12,445 nucleotides of DNA from contig JBKBOT010000005.1 of assembly GCA_046293555.1 (NCBI GenBank), positions 1-12,445 on the forward strand, read 5' to 3'. The notes beneath the pieces were generated by a model. The model was given only the letters and a program-made list of their open reading frames with translations. It was not told the origin of the DNA and did no database searches. Below are positions 1-7,022 of the stretch, one piece after another. The stretch comes from Pyrobaculum sp. (GTDB lineage Archaea > Thermoproteota > Thermoprotei > Thermoproteales > Thermoproteaceae). The position numbers were made by a program, and so were the translations under genes. How positions within the stretch are numbered: position 1 is the first letter of the stretch; each line of letters begins with the position of its first letter.

Positions 1-789
1 AGTGATGGCGCCGCTGGGACAACTGGCAGCAAGCCTCTCGGGATCGATCTCCCCGGCCTCCACCTTCTTTCTAAACAGCTCCTGATCTACATCCGGCGCG
101 CCCACCCACACCCCAATAAAGCCGAAGTCGGCACGGTGGACCGCTCTGGCGCAGTCAAATGGACAGCCGGAGAACTTAGCCTTGAACTTAAATGGGAACA
201 ACTGGTTTCCCAACCACTCGTGGATTTGCGGATGTGTTAAGAAGTAGTCTCTTGCGGCCAGGGTGTCATATAGCGCGAACTCGCATAGGGCGGGGCCCAC
301 ACAGGCCGCCAGCTCTCTTATCGTGTCGCCAGTACCCCCCACGTCTGTCCCCACCACATCTCTCAAGTAGTCAACTGCCTCGTCTGCCACCTCAGGCCTT
401 ATGGAGATAATCATCTGCCCCTGCTGGCCTGCCAGTTCTATCAGCCCAAGGCCGTACCTGTCTGCAAAATCCATCAGCTTCTTTAGCTTCTCTGTGGCGT
501 ATAGATAGCCAGAGGGCTGCCACACCCTGAAGTGTAGCTCCGCAATCGTGCCGTCTTTGGTACGCCGGGCGATAAAGCCGGTGTAGACATAACGTATTTT
601 CGCAGAGCCGGCTGCCCACATGGTCTTTCTAGCCGCCAGCCCCGCGGCGTATGCCTCTATGGGGTACTTGGTCTTCTTGAGCTCTGTGACGTGACTAGGC
701 CAGGGTCCCCCTTCATAATATTCAAGCAGCTCCATCCCCCTCTTGGCGTAGTCCTCCACCCGCTCCCCCTGCCTCTGGCTTGAAGCCAT
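1..789 (-). CDS. dsrA: Dissimilatory sulfite reductase alpha subunit, N-terminal 263 aa (continues past left edge)
   Basis: Not in the ORF track. Hand translation from ATG at 789 is open to base 1: MASSQRQGERVEDYAKRGMELLEYYEGGPWPSHVTELKK...HFRVWQPSG...DVGGTGDTIRELAACVGPALCEFALYDT...FPFKFKAKFSGCPFDCARA...CPSGAIT. It has the DsrA GPWPS motif, the siroheme-[4Fe-4S] motif CX5C (CVGPALC)...CX3C (CPFDC), the FPxKFKxK motif and the start of the ferredoxin domain. Confidence 0.95.
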   Translation of the reverse strand, partial: MASSQRQGERVEDYAKRGMELLEYYEGGPWPSHVTELKKTKYPIEAYAAGLAARKTMWAAGSAKIRYVYTGFIARRTKDGTIAELHFRVWQPSGYLYATEKLKKLMDFADRYGLGLIELAGQQGQMIISIRPEVADEAVDYLRDVVGTDVGGTGDTIRELAACVGPALCEFALYDTLAARDYFLTHPQIHEWLGNQLFPFKFKAKFSGCPFDCARAVHRADFGFIGVWVGAPDVDQELFRKKVEAGEIDPERLAASCPSGAIT

Positions 790-871
790 GGCTGAAACAC
801 GTTATGAAAAAATAAGACTTATTCTACATTTTTGGTAATAATGGTAAATAAGTATAAATGTGTTGGCTTTT
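790..871. promoter_or_regulatory. AT-rich divergent promoter region dsrA / hemD
   Basis: On the minus strand, CTTATT (816-811) lies 22-27 nt upstream of the dsrA ATG, preceded by AATAA. On the plus strand, TAAATA (845-850) lies 27 nt upstream of GTG 872. Contains the palindrome AATAAG-A-CTTATT (811-823). Confidence 0.7.
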
Positions 872-1615
872 GTGTGCAGGTGGACTGTGGTGATAACCTC
901 CGGGAGGCCCTCCAAGGCCGAGCTGTTAGCCAGGCTTGTACTTAAGGCAGGTTGCGACGTGGTCTATCTGCCGGCGGTAGAGGTGGAATCCGCCGAGTTG
1001 GGAGATGTGGCCGAATTAATGAGGTGGGCCGAGGTGGTTATCTTTCTCACAGGCCAGTCGGTATGGGGCCTTGCAGAGGGGTTAAAGGCGGAGGCGCTAC
1101 GTGAAAAAGTGGTATTGTGTAGGGGAAGCAAGGCTGCCGGCAACGTCAAAACCTATTTCGGCATTAACTGTATCAACGTGGGGGAAACCACAGAGGGGTT
1201 ACTGAGGGCAGATATCTACAGCGGGAGGAAGGTGTTAATCTCTTTCTACGGCGTGGTAGATCAAGAGCTTGTAGAAAAGATTAGAGAGAAGGCGGCTGAG
1301 GTGAGGGTGGTACAAGCCTACCGCACTAAGGCGACCCCTAGGGAAAACGCCATAGAGGCCGCAAGAAGGGCGGCGGCTGGGGGCCACATTTTGGTCTTCA
1401 CAAGCGCCCTAGGGGCCTCGGCCTTTTTCCAGACAGCAAAAGAGGTGGGGCTGTTAGAGGCGGTGGTGGATGCCGTCAATAGCGGCAAGTCGAAAATTGC
1501 GGCTATAGGGCCTGTGACCGAGAGGGAAGTTAGAAAATACGGCGTGGCGGAAGTAATTAAGCCAGAGAAGCCCTTCCTGTCCTATCTAGCTCAAGAACTT
1601 GCGAAGTTGTTTTGA
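872..1615 (+). CDS. hemD: Uroporphyrinogen-III synthase (HemD family)
   Basis: HemD-like motifs VVITS, VIFLTGQSV, LCRGSK, AYRT, LVFTSA, AAIGPVT, IKPEKP. Adjacent to siroheme-dependent dsrA. The ORF track starts at 860; GTG 872 fits the TATA spacing better. Confidence 0.8.
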   Translation: MCRWTVVITSGRPSKAELLARLVLKAGCDVVYLPAVEVESAELGDVAELMRWAEVVIFLTGQSVWGLAEGLKAEALREKVVLCRGSKAAGNVKTYFGINCINVGETTEGLLRADIYSGRKVLISFYGVVDQELVEKIREKAAEVRVVQAYRTKATPRENAIEAARRAAAGGHILVFTSALGASAFFQTAKEVGLLEAVVDAVNSGKSKIAAIGPVTEREVRKYGVAEVIKPEKPFLSYLAQELAKLF

Positions 1616-2238
1616 ATAATAACGTCGATAATTCTCCCCCCTGGAGAGACGTGGGCCTTTATGCCGTATTTCTCCAAGGCCACGGCGGGCCCCGCCGCCA
1701 CCACCACGGCGTTTTTCAAAACGTCAAGTTTAACCTCGGCGACAGCCGCCGCGGCCAGCCCGCTGAAGAAGACGTAAATCCCCCCAGGCGGCAGGGAGGT
1801 TAAGACGTCGCGGCGGGGTACAGCCCGATATGTAAAAAACTCGTAGACTCTACAGCTCTCCACAAGCGCCTCTGCCCTCTCGCCGTGGTGGAAAACCGTG
1901 GCGGCCACACAGCTGCTCACGGCGGCGGCTAGCTCCTCCGCGCTGTGGTAAACCAGCTGCGGCTTGACTCCAAAGACGTTTTGTATCATGACGGCGCCTT
2001 TGTCTCCCTCCGCCGTGGCCACCCTTTTGTTTCTCAAATCTAGCCACACCCCCTCCTCCCTCAGCCTATAGGCAGAACAGCCGGAGCCAAAGACCGCCAA
2101 GTCGCTTTCCTCCACTGCCTTAGCCACAGCCAGTCTGTCTATAGGCTCTGGCTGTAGTTCCAACACTGGGGCGACCACCACCTCTCTGAATACCCGTCTA
2201 AACGCCCCGCCGGCTTTCTCGCTAGTTACTACAATCAC
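1591..2238 (-). CDS. Divergent, shortened HemD-like paralog (215 aa)
   Basis: Colinear HemD-type motifs IVVTS, APVLELQP, VFGSG, TYRAVP, VFFSG, VVAAGP..ALEKYGI. The GTG start overlaps the upstream stop (GTGA, 2238-2235). Confidence 0.65.
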   Translation of the reverse strand: MIVVTSEKAGGAFRRVFREVVVAPVLELQPEPIDRLAVAKAVEESDLAVFGSGCSAYRLREEGVWLDLRNKRVATAEGDKGAVMIQNVFGVKPQLVYHSAEELAAAVSSCVAATVFHHGERAEALVESCRVYEFFTYRAVPRRDVLTSLPPGGIYVFFSGLAAAAVAEVKLDVLKNAVVVAAGPAVALEKYGIKAHVSPGGRIIDVIIQNNFASS

Positions 2239-2483
2239 GAGACGCCAATTTTTTCACAGATAGATAACATTTTCAAAGGCCCTATGGGCTTAGCTCCCGG
2301 CCTTATGTCGCCTGGTAGATATGTACAGACGTAGATATCCCACCCGGGGGGCACCTCGGCCTTTCTCCCCTCTCCAGCTAGAATTATCGCCATGTCTCCC
2401 ACATCTCTAAACACCTCCAGTAGCCTCCCGTCGAGATTGGGGGATAGGACCAATAGGCAGAGGGTGTATTTCTTCTCCGTCAC
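2235..2483 (-). CDS. Small DsrE/DsrF-like putative sulfur-relay protein (about 82 aa)
   Basis: GTGA overlaps at both ends (2483-2480 with the tusA stop; 2238-2235 with the next gene) support a real gene. The pattern LCLLVLSP / IILAGEG / IYVC / GAKPIG resembles DsrE/F beta-strand motifs (inference). Alternative TTG start at 2501. Confidence 0.55.
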   Translation of the reverse strand: MTEKKYTLCLLVLSPNLDGRLLEVFRDVGDMAIILAGEGRKAEVPPGWDIYVCTYLPGDIRPGAKPIGPLKMLSICEKIGVS

Positions 2484-2713
2484 TTCGTTCTCTTGATCCA
2501 AAATCTAATCCACCCGCCCTCTAGCTCCTCTATTTTCATAATTTCGTTTTTTGTGAACTTTGCCCAAACCCTTAGATCTTCTTTAGCGCATACGTCGTCA
2601 GTTATTATCTCCAATATGCCGCCTACTGGCACCTCAGAGAGCTCCCTATTTACAAGCACAGGCCCTAGGCAGTGAGACCCCGAGATCTTTATAGATCTGT
2701 GAGGGGCGTCCAT
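2480..2713 (-). CDS. tusA: TusA/SirA-family sulfur carrier protein
   Basis: 77 aa. GSHCLGPV (variant of CPxP), GGILEIITDD, EDLRVWAK and C-terminal RFWIKR match the TusA pattern. Confidence 0.8.
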   Translation of the reverse strand: MDAPHRSIKISGSHCLGPVLVNRELSEVPVGGILEIITDDVCAKEDLRVWAKFTKNEIMKIEELEGGWIRFWIKRTK

Positions 2714-2789
2714 ATGACGCCCCAGTTATGTAGTAATAAAGGTTGTTAACTAGGTGGTTGGTAACATATTTTAGCGCCATTTCTTCTCT
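2714..2789. promoter_or_regulatory. Divergent promoter region tusA operon / DUF1152 gene
   Basis: Minus-strand TTTATT (2740-2735) lies 22-27 nt upstream of the tusA ATG. Two GTTnnnAAC elements at 2742-2750 and 2757-2765. Plus-strand CATATTTTA (2765-2773) upstream of ATG 2790. Confidence 0.7.
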
Positions 2790-3719
2790 ATGGCTCTCCA
2801 CCTGGCTATTGGGGGCGGTGGGGATGTGGTCATGGCCGCCGTGTTGGCTGGAGGCGGCGAGGTGGGGCACATCCCGTGGGAGAGATATACGGTAGACCCA
2901 GAGCCCGGGCCGGTGCCGCTGTCTAGTTTTATAAACGCCGCGGTTTTTGACGACGGGGTGGCTATCGCCACTGGGGGTTCCCACGTGGAAAGAGGCGGGA
3001 GGAGGTTTAAAACTCAGGGCATCTGTGTGGCTGAAACTTTGGGAAAATCTATCTACGTTGTTGATAGCTATCTGCCCCCGTCGAGGCTGGCTAGATCTCT
3101 AGCCCGCTTTAAGAAGGTGGTGGGTGTCGACGTTGGTGGAGACGTCTTGGCTGTAGGCTGCGAGGAGGAAGTGGGAAGCCCCCTGTCTGACGCCTACGGG
3201 CTAGCCCTATTGGCCATGTTGAAAAAACTGGGGGTAGAGACAGAGGTTGTGGTCATGTCCCCAGGCGCCGACGGGGAGTTAGATAGGGAGTACTTCCTCC
3301 AGAGGGCGGCAGAGGTGGCCAGAATGGGGGGCTTCCTGGGCTCTGTGGGCCTATCTAAAGGACAGCTGGAGCTCCTCTCGGCTTTAACGCGGCGTTGTGT
3401 CACAGAGGCCTCCACAGCTGCCGCCAGGGCGGCCTTTGGGGAGTGGGGGGAGTTTCCCATTAGGGGCGGGGCGCGGCGTGTGAAGATAGACCTTTTCTCC
3501 ACCGTGGGGTTTAGGTTTGACCCAGAGGCGTTGCTTAAAGTAAACAAGGCGGCCCGTATTGTATATGAGAGAGACGCCTCGATGGACAAGGCGGCGGAAC
3601 TCCTCCTGGCTGCAGGCATCCCCACGGAGTGGCACCTAGAGACGTTATTAAGCAAGGGCGTGGAGTATAAAGACGCCGTCTCTACCCTAAAAAAACTTAA
3701 GAGATGCCACAATGTGTAA
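2790..3719 (+). CDS. DUF1152 family protein
   Basis: 309 aa with GGGGD near the N-terminus, GVDVGGDVL, SPLSDA, PGADGEL and TEAS motifs typical of DUF1152. Confidence 0.75.
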   Translation: MALHLAIGGGGDVVMAAVLAGGGEVGHIPWERYTVDPEPGPVPLSSFINAAVFDDGVAIATGGSHVERGGRRFKTQGICVAETLGKSIYVVDSYLPPSRLARSLARFKKVVGVDVGGDVLAVGCEEEVGSPLSDAYGLALLAMLKKLGVETEVVVMSPGADGELDREYFLQRAAEVARMGGFLGSVGLSKGQLELLSALTRRCVTEASTAAARAAFGEWGEFPIRGGARRVKIDLFSTVGFRFDPEALLKVNKAARIVYERDASMDKAAELLLAAGIPTEWHLETLLSKGVEYKDAVSTLKKLKRCHNV

Positions 3720-5054
3720 CACCTTCTGTATCACCTCCGTCGGGCTTCTCCCCAATACTGTAATCACGGGCTCTTTCCCCCAGTCCCCCCAATCTACTAT
3801 AAGGTCTGGCGTCTTGCCGCCAGTTTGTCTATACGCCTCCTCTACAATCCACCCCATTGTTGCCCCCTCCCTCCTCTTGACCTCTTCAGGCTCTAGCCTC
3901 CTGTCTATATAGGCTATTGTATACCCCGCCGCCTTAGCTCTCTCTATATACTCTTCTCTCAGCCTTATGTTCATAGCCGCCCTTATGTCGGGATCTCTTT
4001 TTAACACAGCCAAGATCTTTCTGGCCACGTGGTCACTTGCCCCAAAGGCCGGGGGGCCTGAGGGCTTGGCTTTCCCCATATAGTTCACAATTCTGCCAGG
4101 CACTGCGGCCACGTCTTCTTTGTTTTGAGCATATCTGGGGTTAATCGCATAGCCGAGATTGCTCTGTACTTCTGGAATGGCGCTTGCTAACAAATCGCCA
4201 TGTTTTTCCACAAGCTCTAGCGCTTTGGTTATCTCTTGGTATACACGCCACCTTTCAGCCGATATCTCAACCCACGCCGCGGGGTTCACCGGCCAGTGCC
4301 CCTTGCCTCTAGCTACCCCGTATTTAATAGCGGTGTAGATAAACTCCTTTGCCGTCTTTATGGCCTCCAGCGGGTCCAGCCCCTTGGCTAGCCCCGCGGC
4401 TATGGCTGCAGAGTAGGCACAGCCAGTGCCGTGTGTAGCTCTGGAGTCAAGTCTCGGCGTCTTGAGGTGGTGGAAAGCCCCCTGGCGGTACACCACGTCT
4501 ATAGCCTCGTCGGTCTCGAGATGGCCGCCCTTCACCACCACTGTGTCTACGCCGTATTCCCTATGGATGTACCCCGCGGCTTTCTCCGCGTCTTTGAGAG
4601 ACCTTATCTCAAAACCCGCCAGCCTCTCTGCCTCGTGTCTATTTGGGGTCACCACCCTGGCGGTGGGGAGCAGCCGCCTTTTTAACACCTCCACTGCGTC
4701 TTGATCTATCAGCGGGGCGCCAGATTTAGCCACCATCACTGGGTCCACCACAAGGGGGAAGCCCAGAGACCTGGCTGTGTCTGCCACCACCTCTATGAGC
4801 TCTCTAGTGCCCAACATGCCGGTTTTCCCCGCGTCTATCCCCATGTCGTCCCACACGGCTACGATCTGTTCCCTCACTAGAGCTGGGGGTAAACACTCCA
4901 CGGCCCTCACCTCATATGTATTCTGCGCGGTGACGCAGGTAAGCGCCGTGGCTCCATGGACGCCAAATGCGGCAAAAGTCTTCACGTCTGCATGTATGCC
5001 AGCCCCGCCGCCGGAATCTAGCCCAGCTATTGTGATGGCCACCCGCCAAGACAT
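3687..5054 (-). CDS. thiDN: Bifunctional HMP/HMP-P kinase - thiamine-phosphate synthase (ThiD-ThiN fusion)
   Basis: ThiD motifs TIAGLDSGGGAGIHAD, TAQNT, KTGML, VDPVMVAKSG, TPN, KGGH, HGTGC. C-terminal ThiN motifs IPEVQSN, VAAVPGRI, FGASDH, GDWGKEP. Confidence 0.95.
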   Translation of the reverse strand: MSWRVAITIAGLDSGGGAGIHADVKTFAAFGVHGATALTCVTAQNTYEVRAVECLPPALVREQIVAVWDDMGIDAGKTGMLGTRELIEVVADTARSLGFPLVVDPVMVAKSGAPLIDQDAVEVLKRRLLPTARVVTPNRHEAERLAGFEIRSLKDAEKAAGYIHREYGVDTVVVKGGHLETDEAIDVVYRQGAFHHLKTPRLDSRATHGTGCAYSAAIAAGLAKGLDPLEAIKTAKEFIYTAIKYGVARGKGHWPVNPAAWVEISAERWRVYQEITKALELVEKHGDLLASAIPEVQSNLGYAINPRYAQNKEDVAAVPGRIVNYMGKAKPSGPPAFGASDHVARKILAVLKRDPDIRAAMNIRLREEYIERAKAAGYTIAYIDRRLEPEEVKRREGATMGWIVEEAYRQTGGKTPDLIVDWGDWGKEPVITVLGRSPTEVIQKVLHIVASLKFF

Positions 5055-5083
5055 AAGTACCTAATCTTTTCTAGATAAAAACT

Positions 5084-5791
5084 TTACCGTCTTATCTCGC
5101 GGAGAAGCGGAATTTCTCTCAACATGTCCTCAGAGACGTAACTCCAGTAAATCCCAGTGGGCTTTCTATCCACACGACGTGTGTAAATAACCTCCCTGCT
5201 CGTGGCCACAATGTCTACAACTAGGTCGAATGGCTCTAGCGGAATCTCCTCTTCTACCAGCTGGAGGGGGTGCACGGTGGTAGCCACCGGCGTGTTTTCA
5301 CTAACTTTTCCAAACGTGTAGAGAATACCCCACTCGATTTCTGAATATCCATGCGATTTGCCCACACGGCGGCCGGTATGGGGATTTACGGCAACAGACC
5401 CGACGACAACTAGGTCTACGGGAGGGATCTCCCAAGGCTTGACCGGCCTCCCCCATTTGAACATGCCGGAAATAGTTGACGCCTCGCGGTAAGCCCCTAT
5501 GGTCGAGGGGTCTAACAGGTAGAACCCCTCTCTAATTCTCGGCGTGGGCACAATTAACAGCTTGCCTCCAGACAGGGCGGCGTGGCGGCAATATCTCTGC
5601 GGCGCGTCTGGATTTATCTTCACAACTCTAGCCCTCCGAAACTCCACAGTGGAGGCCAACTGTCTACAGGCCTCTTCAGAGTTCTTAAAATTGGGAATCC
5701 GCCCGTAGACGGGACGGGGGAAGTCAGCCACGCCCCTCTCTTCAAGAAGTCTCCAAATTCTCTCCCTAATAGACTGTTTCACATCTTTCAC
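5084..5791 (-). CDS. 5-formyltetrahydrofolate cyclo-ligase paralog (COG0212 / MTHFSD-like)
   Basis: KQSIRERIW, FPRPVYGRIPNF, KINPDAPQ, VPTPR, DLVVVGSVAV, GRRVGK.HGYSEIEW, TTVHPLQ, DLVVDIV. TATA-like TTTTATAT on the minus strand at 5817-5810. Confidence 0.88.
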   Translation of the reverse strand: MKDVKQSIRERIWRLLEERGVADFPRPVYGRIPNFKNSEEACRQLASTVEFRRARVVKINPDAPQRYCRHAALSGGKLLIVPTPRIREGFYLLDPSTIGAYREASTISGMFKWGRPVKPWEIPPVDLVVVGSVAVNPHTGRRVGKSHGYSEIEWGILYTFGKVSENTPVATTVHPLQLVEEEIPLEPFDLVVDIVATSREVIYTRRVDRKPTGIYWSYVSEDMLREIPLLREIRR

Positions 5792-5860
5792 AAGAAGTAT
5801 AGAGGGTTAATATAAAACGCCCCGATAGACATGTCGTGTTGGCTTGCGGCTCTATTTGAG

Positions 5861-6916
5861 TCATGCGAGTGGTGGGTGTGGAGCCAACAGGAGGACATAT
5901 ATGCCGACTGCTATAAACACCATGGCGCCTATGGGTAGTGCCAGTTTTATCCATTCTCTAAATCCTATTAACAACACGCCTGCGAGAACGATGTTAGGCA
6001 CGTTGCCGGGAATAGTTAGGCCTCCTGATAGCACTAGTGAAATCAAGAAACTCCTCAAGACCTCTACCTCCATTTCTGGAGTTACTAACGCCGCCACTAG
6101 GGTGGCGTTGTCTGCCACAGCCGAGAGGAGGCCGAAGATGTATAAAACCTCCTTGCCGAATCCGGCCACCACAGAGGCTAGAGGTTTGAAGAACTCTCCC
6201 AAAATCGTGAGGGCGAAGATAAATAGAAATATCTTAAACGCCCGTATGAAGACCTCTCGTAACTCGGGCTCGTAAGGCTCTATCTCCACTCCAAGCTTGT
6301 GTAGTCTCTTGAGTGTAATATAGGCATAGATGGCGAAAAACAGAACTATTATGGCCACGGCGTCTAGAAGCACGTGCACCAGGTAGAAAAATCCTTGTTT
6401 GAGTTTAGCCACCGCGATGGTAGATAGCGGCTCGCCGATAGGTAACAACGCGGCGCCGGCGCCTATGGCGAAAGCTCCATATACCGCAGCTCTCGCCTTG
6501 TATTCATGCGGGGCTTTTGCAAAACCCAGAAGTTCTGCCAACACCGCCGCCGCCACGATGGCTGAAATCACGCTACTTGACATGCCAAATAGAAATATCA
6601 AGATGGCTAAAACGGCGGGTTTCGCTATGACGTCCGCCTTTACGGCTAGCTTATCTCTAAAGTAATAAAACGTCAACCCAGCTATCAACACCACCTGCGT
6701 AATTCCAATAGGGATATAGCCCAACCCCGGCTGGTAGACTGCAACTGGGTGGAGGAGGGCCTCTTTAAGTAATGAAATACTCCAAAGGCCGCCGATAGTT
6801 GCCGCAATTAGCGACATCACGAAAAAGAAGGCCTCCAGGTTGTGTTCTACCTTTTTCGACACCAGCGGTGGGACTAGTAGCAACACTAAGAAGACCACTT
6901 GGAGTAGGAGATCCAT
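5861..6916 (-). CDS. DUF1646 family membrane protein, putative ion transporter (IT superfamily-like)
   Basis: 351 aa, highly hydrophobic. KKVEHNLE, SSVISA, GAALLPIGEPLSTI, SAVADNATL, GGLTIPGNVPNI. Confidence 0.75.
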   Translation of the reverse strand: MDLLLQVVFLVLLLVPPLVSKKVEHNLEAFFFVMSLIAATIGGLWSISLLKEALLHPVAVYQPGLGYIPIGITQVVLIAGLTFYYFRDKLAVKADVIAKPAVLAILIFLFGMSSSVISAIVAAAVLAELLGFAKAPHEYKARAAVYGAFAIGAGAALLPIGEPLSTIAVAKLKQGFFYLVHVLLDAVAIIVLFFAIYAYITLKRLHKLGVEIEPYEPELREVFIRAFKIFLFIFALTILGEFFKPLASVVAGFGKEVLYIFGLLSAVADNATLVAALVTPEMEVEVLRSFLISLVLSGGLTIPGNVPNIVLAGVLLIGFREWIKLALPIGAMVFIAVGIYVLLLAPHPPLA

Positions 6917-7022
6917 AGGTTGTGCAAAAAGATAACATCTTTTAAAGTTGATTACGGCTCCCCTTGTGCCGTATTAAAAAATTTTCGGTATAGAGTTTAA
7001 ATAGTTGTGGGTTTTGGGGGTC
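6917..7022. promoter_or_regulatory. Divergent promoter region DUF1646 / APC permease
   Basis: TTTAAA (6941-6946) lies 25-30 nt upstream of ATG 6916. TTTAAATA (6996-7003) lies 27 nt upstream of GTG 7023. Inverted repeats at 6927-6943 and 6953-6973. Confidence 0.7.

Noticed and set aside
192-619. ORF-track ORFs 192..410 (+) and 392..619 (-)
   Set aside because: They are antisense or out-of-frame shadows of dsrA.
858-893. Cys/Trp-rich mini-ORF MCWLLCAGGLW overlapping the hemD start, a possible leader peptide
   Set aside because: Its ATG is only about 8 nt from the TATA-like box, so it is probably upstream of the TSS. No other support.
2646-2984. Minus-strand ORFs 2646..2984 and 2771..2971
   Set aside because: They are antisense to the DUF1152 gene, cross the promoter region and have no motifs.
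3194-3712. 172-aa minus-strand ORF, and similar antisense ORFs at 4426, 4777, 5844, 6399, 7349, 9367 and 11794
   Set aside because: Ser/Thr/Ala/Pro-rich mirror frames of well-supported genes.
5766-5954. 62-aa ORF or possible sRNA in the COG0212/DUF1646 gap
   Set aside because: It overlaps both neighbours and the TATA box. I saw no C/D boxes or convincing hairpin, only a short GACATGTC palindrome.
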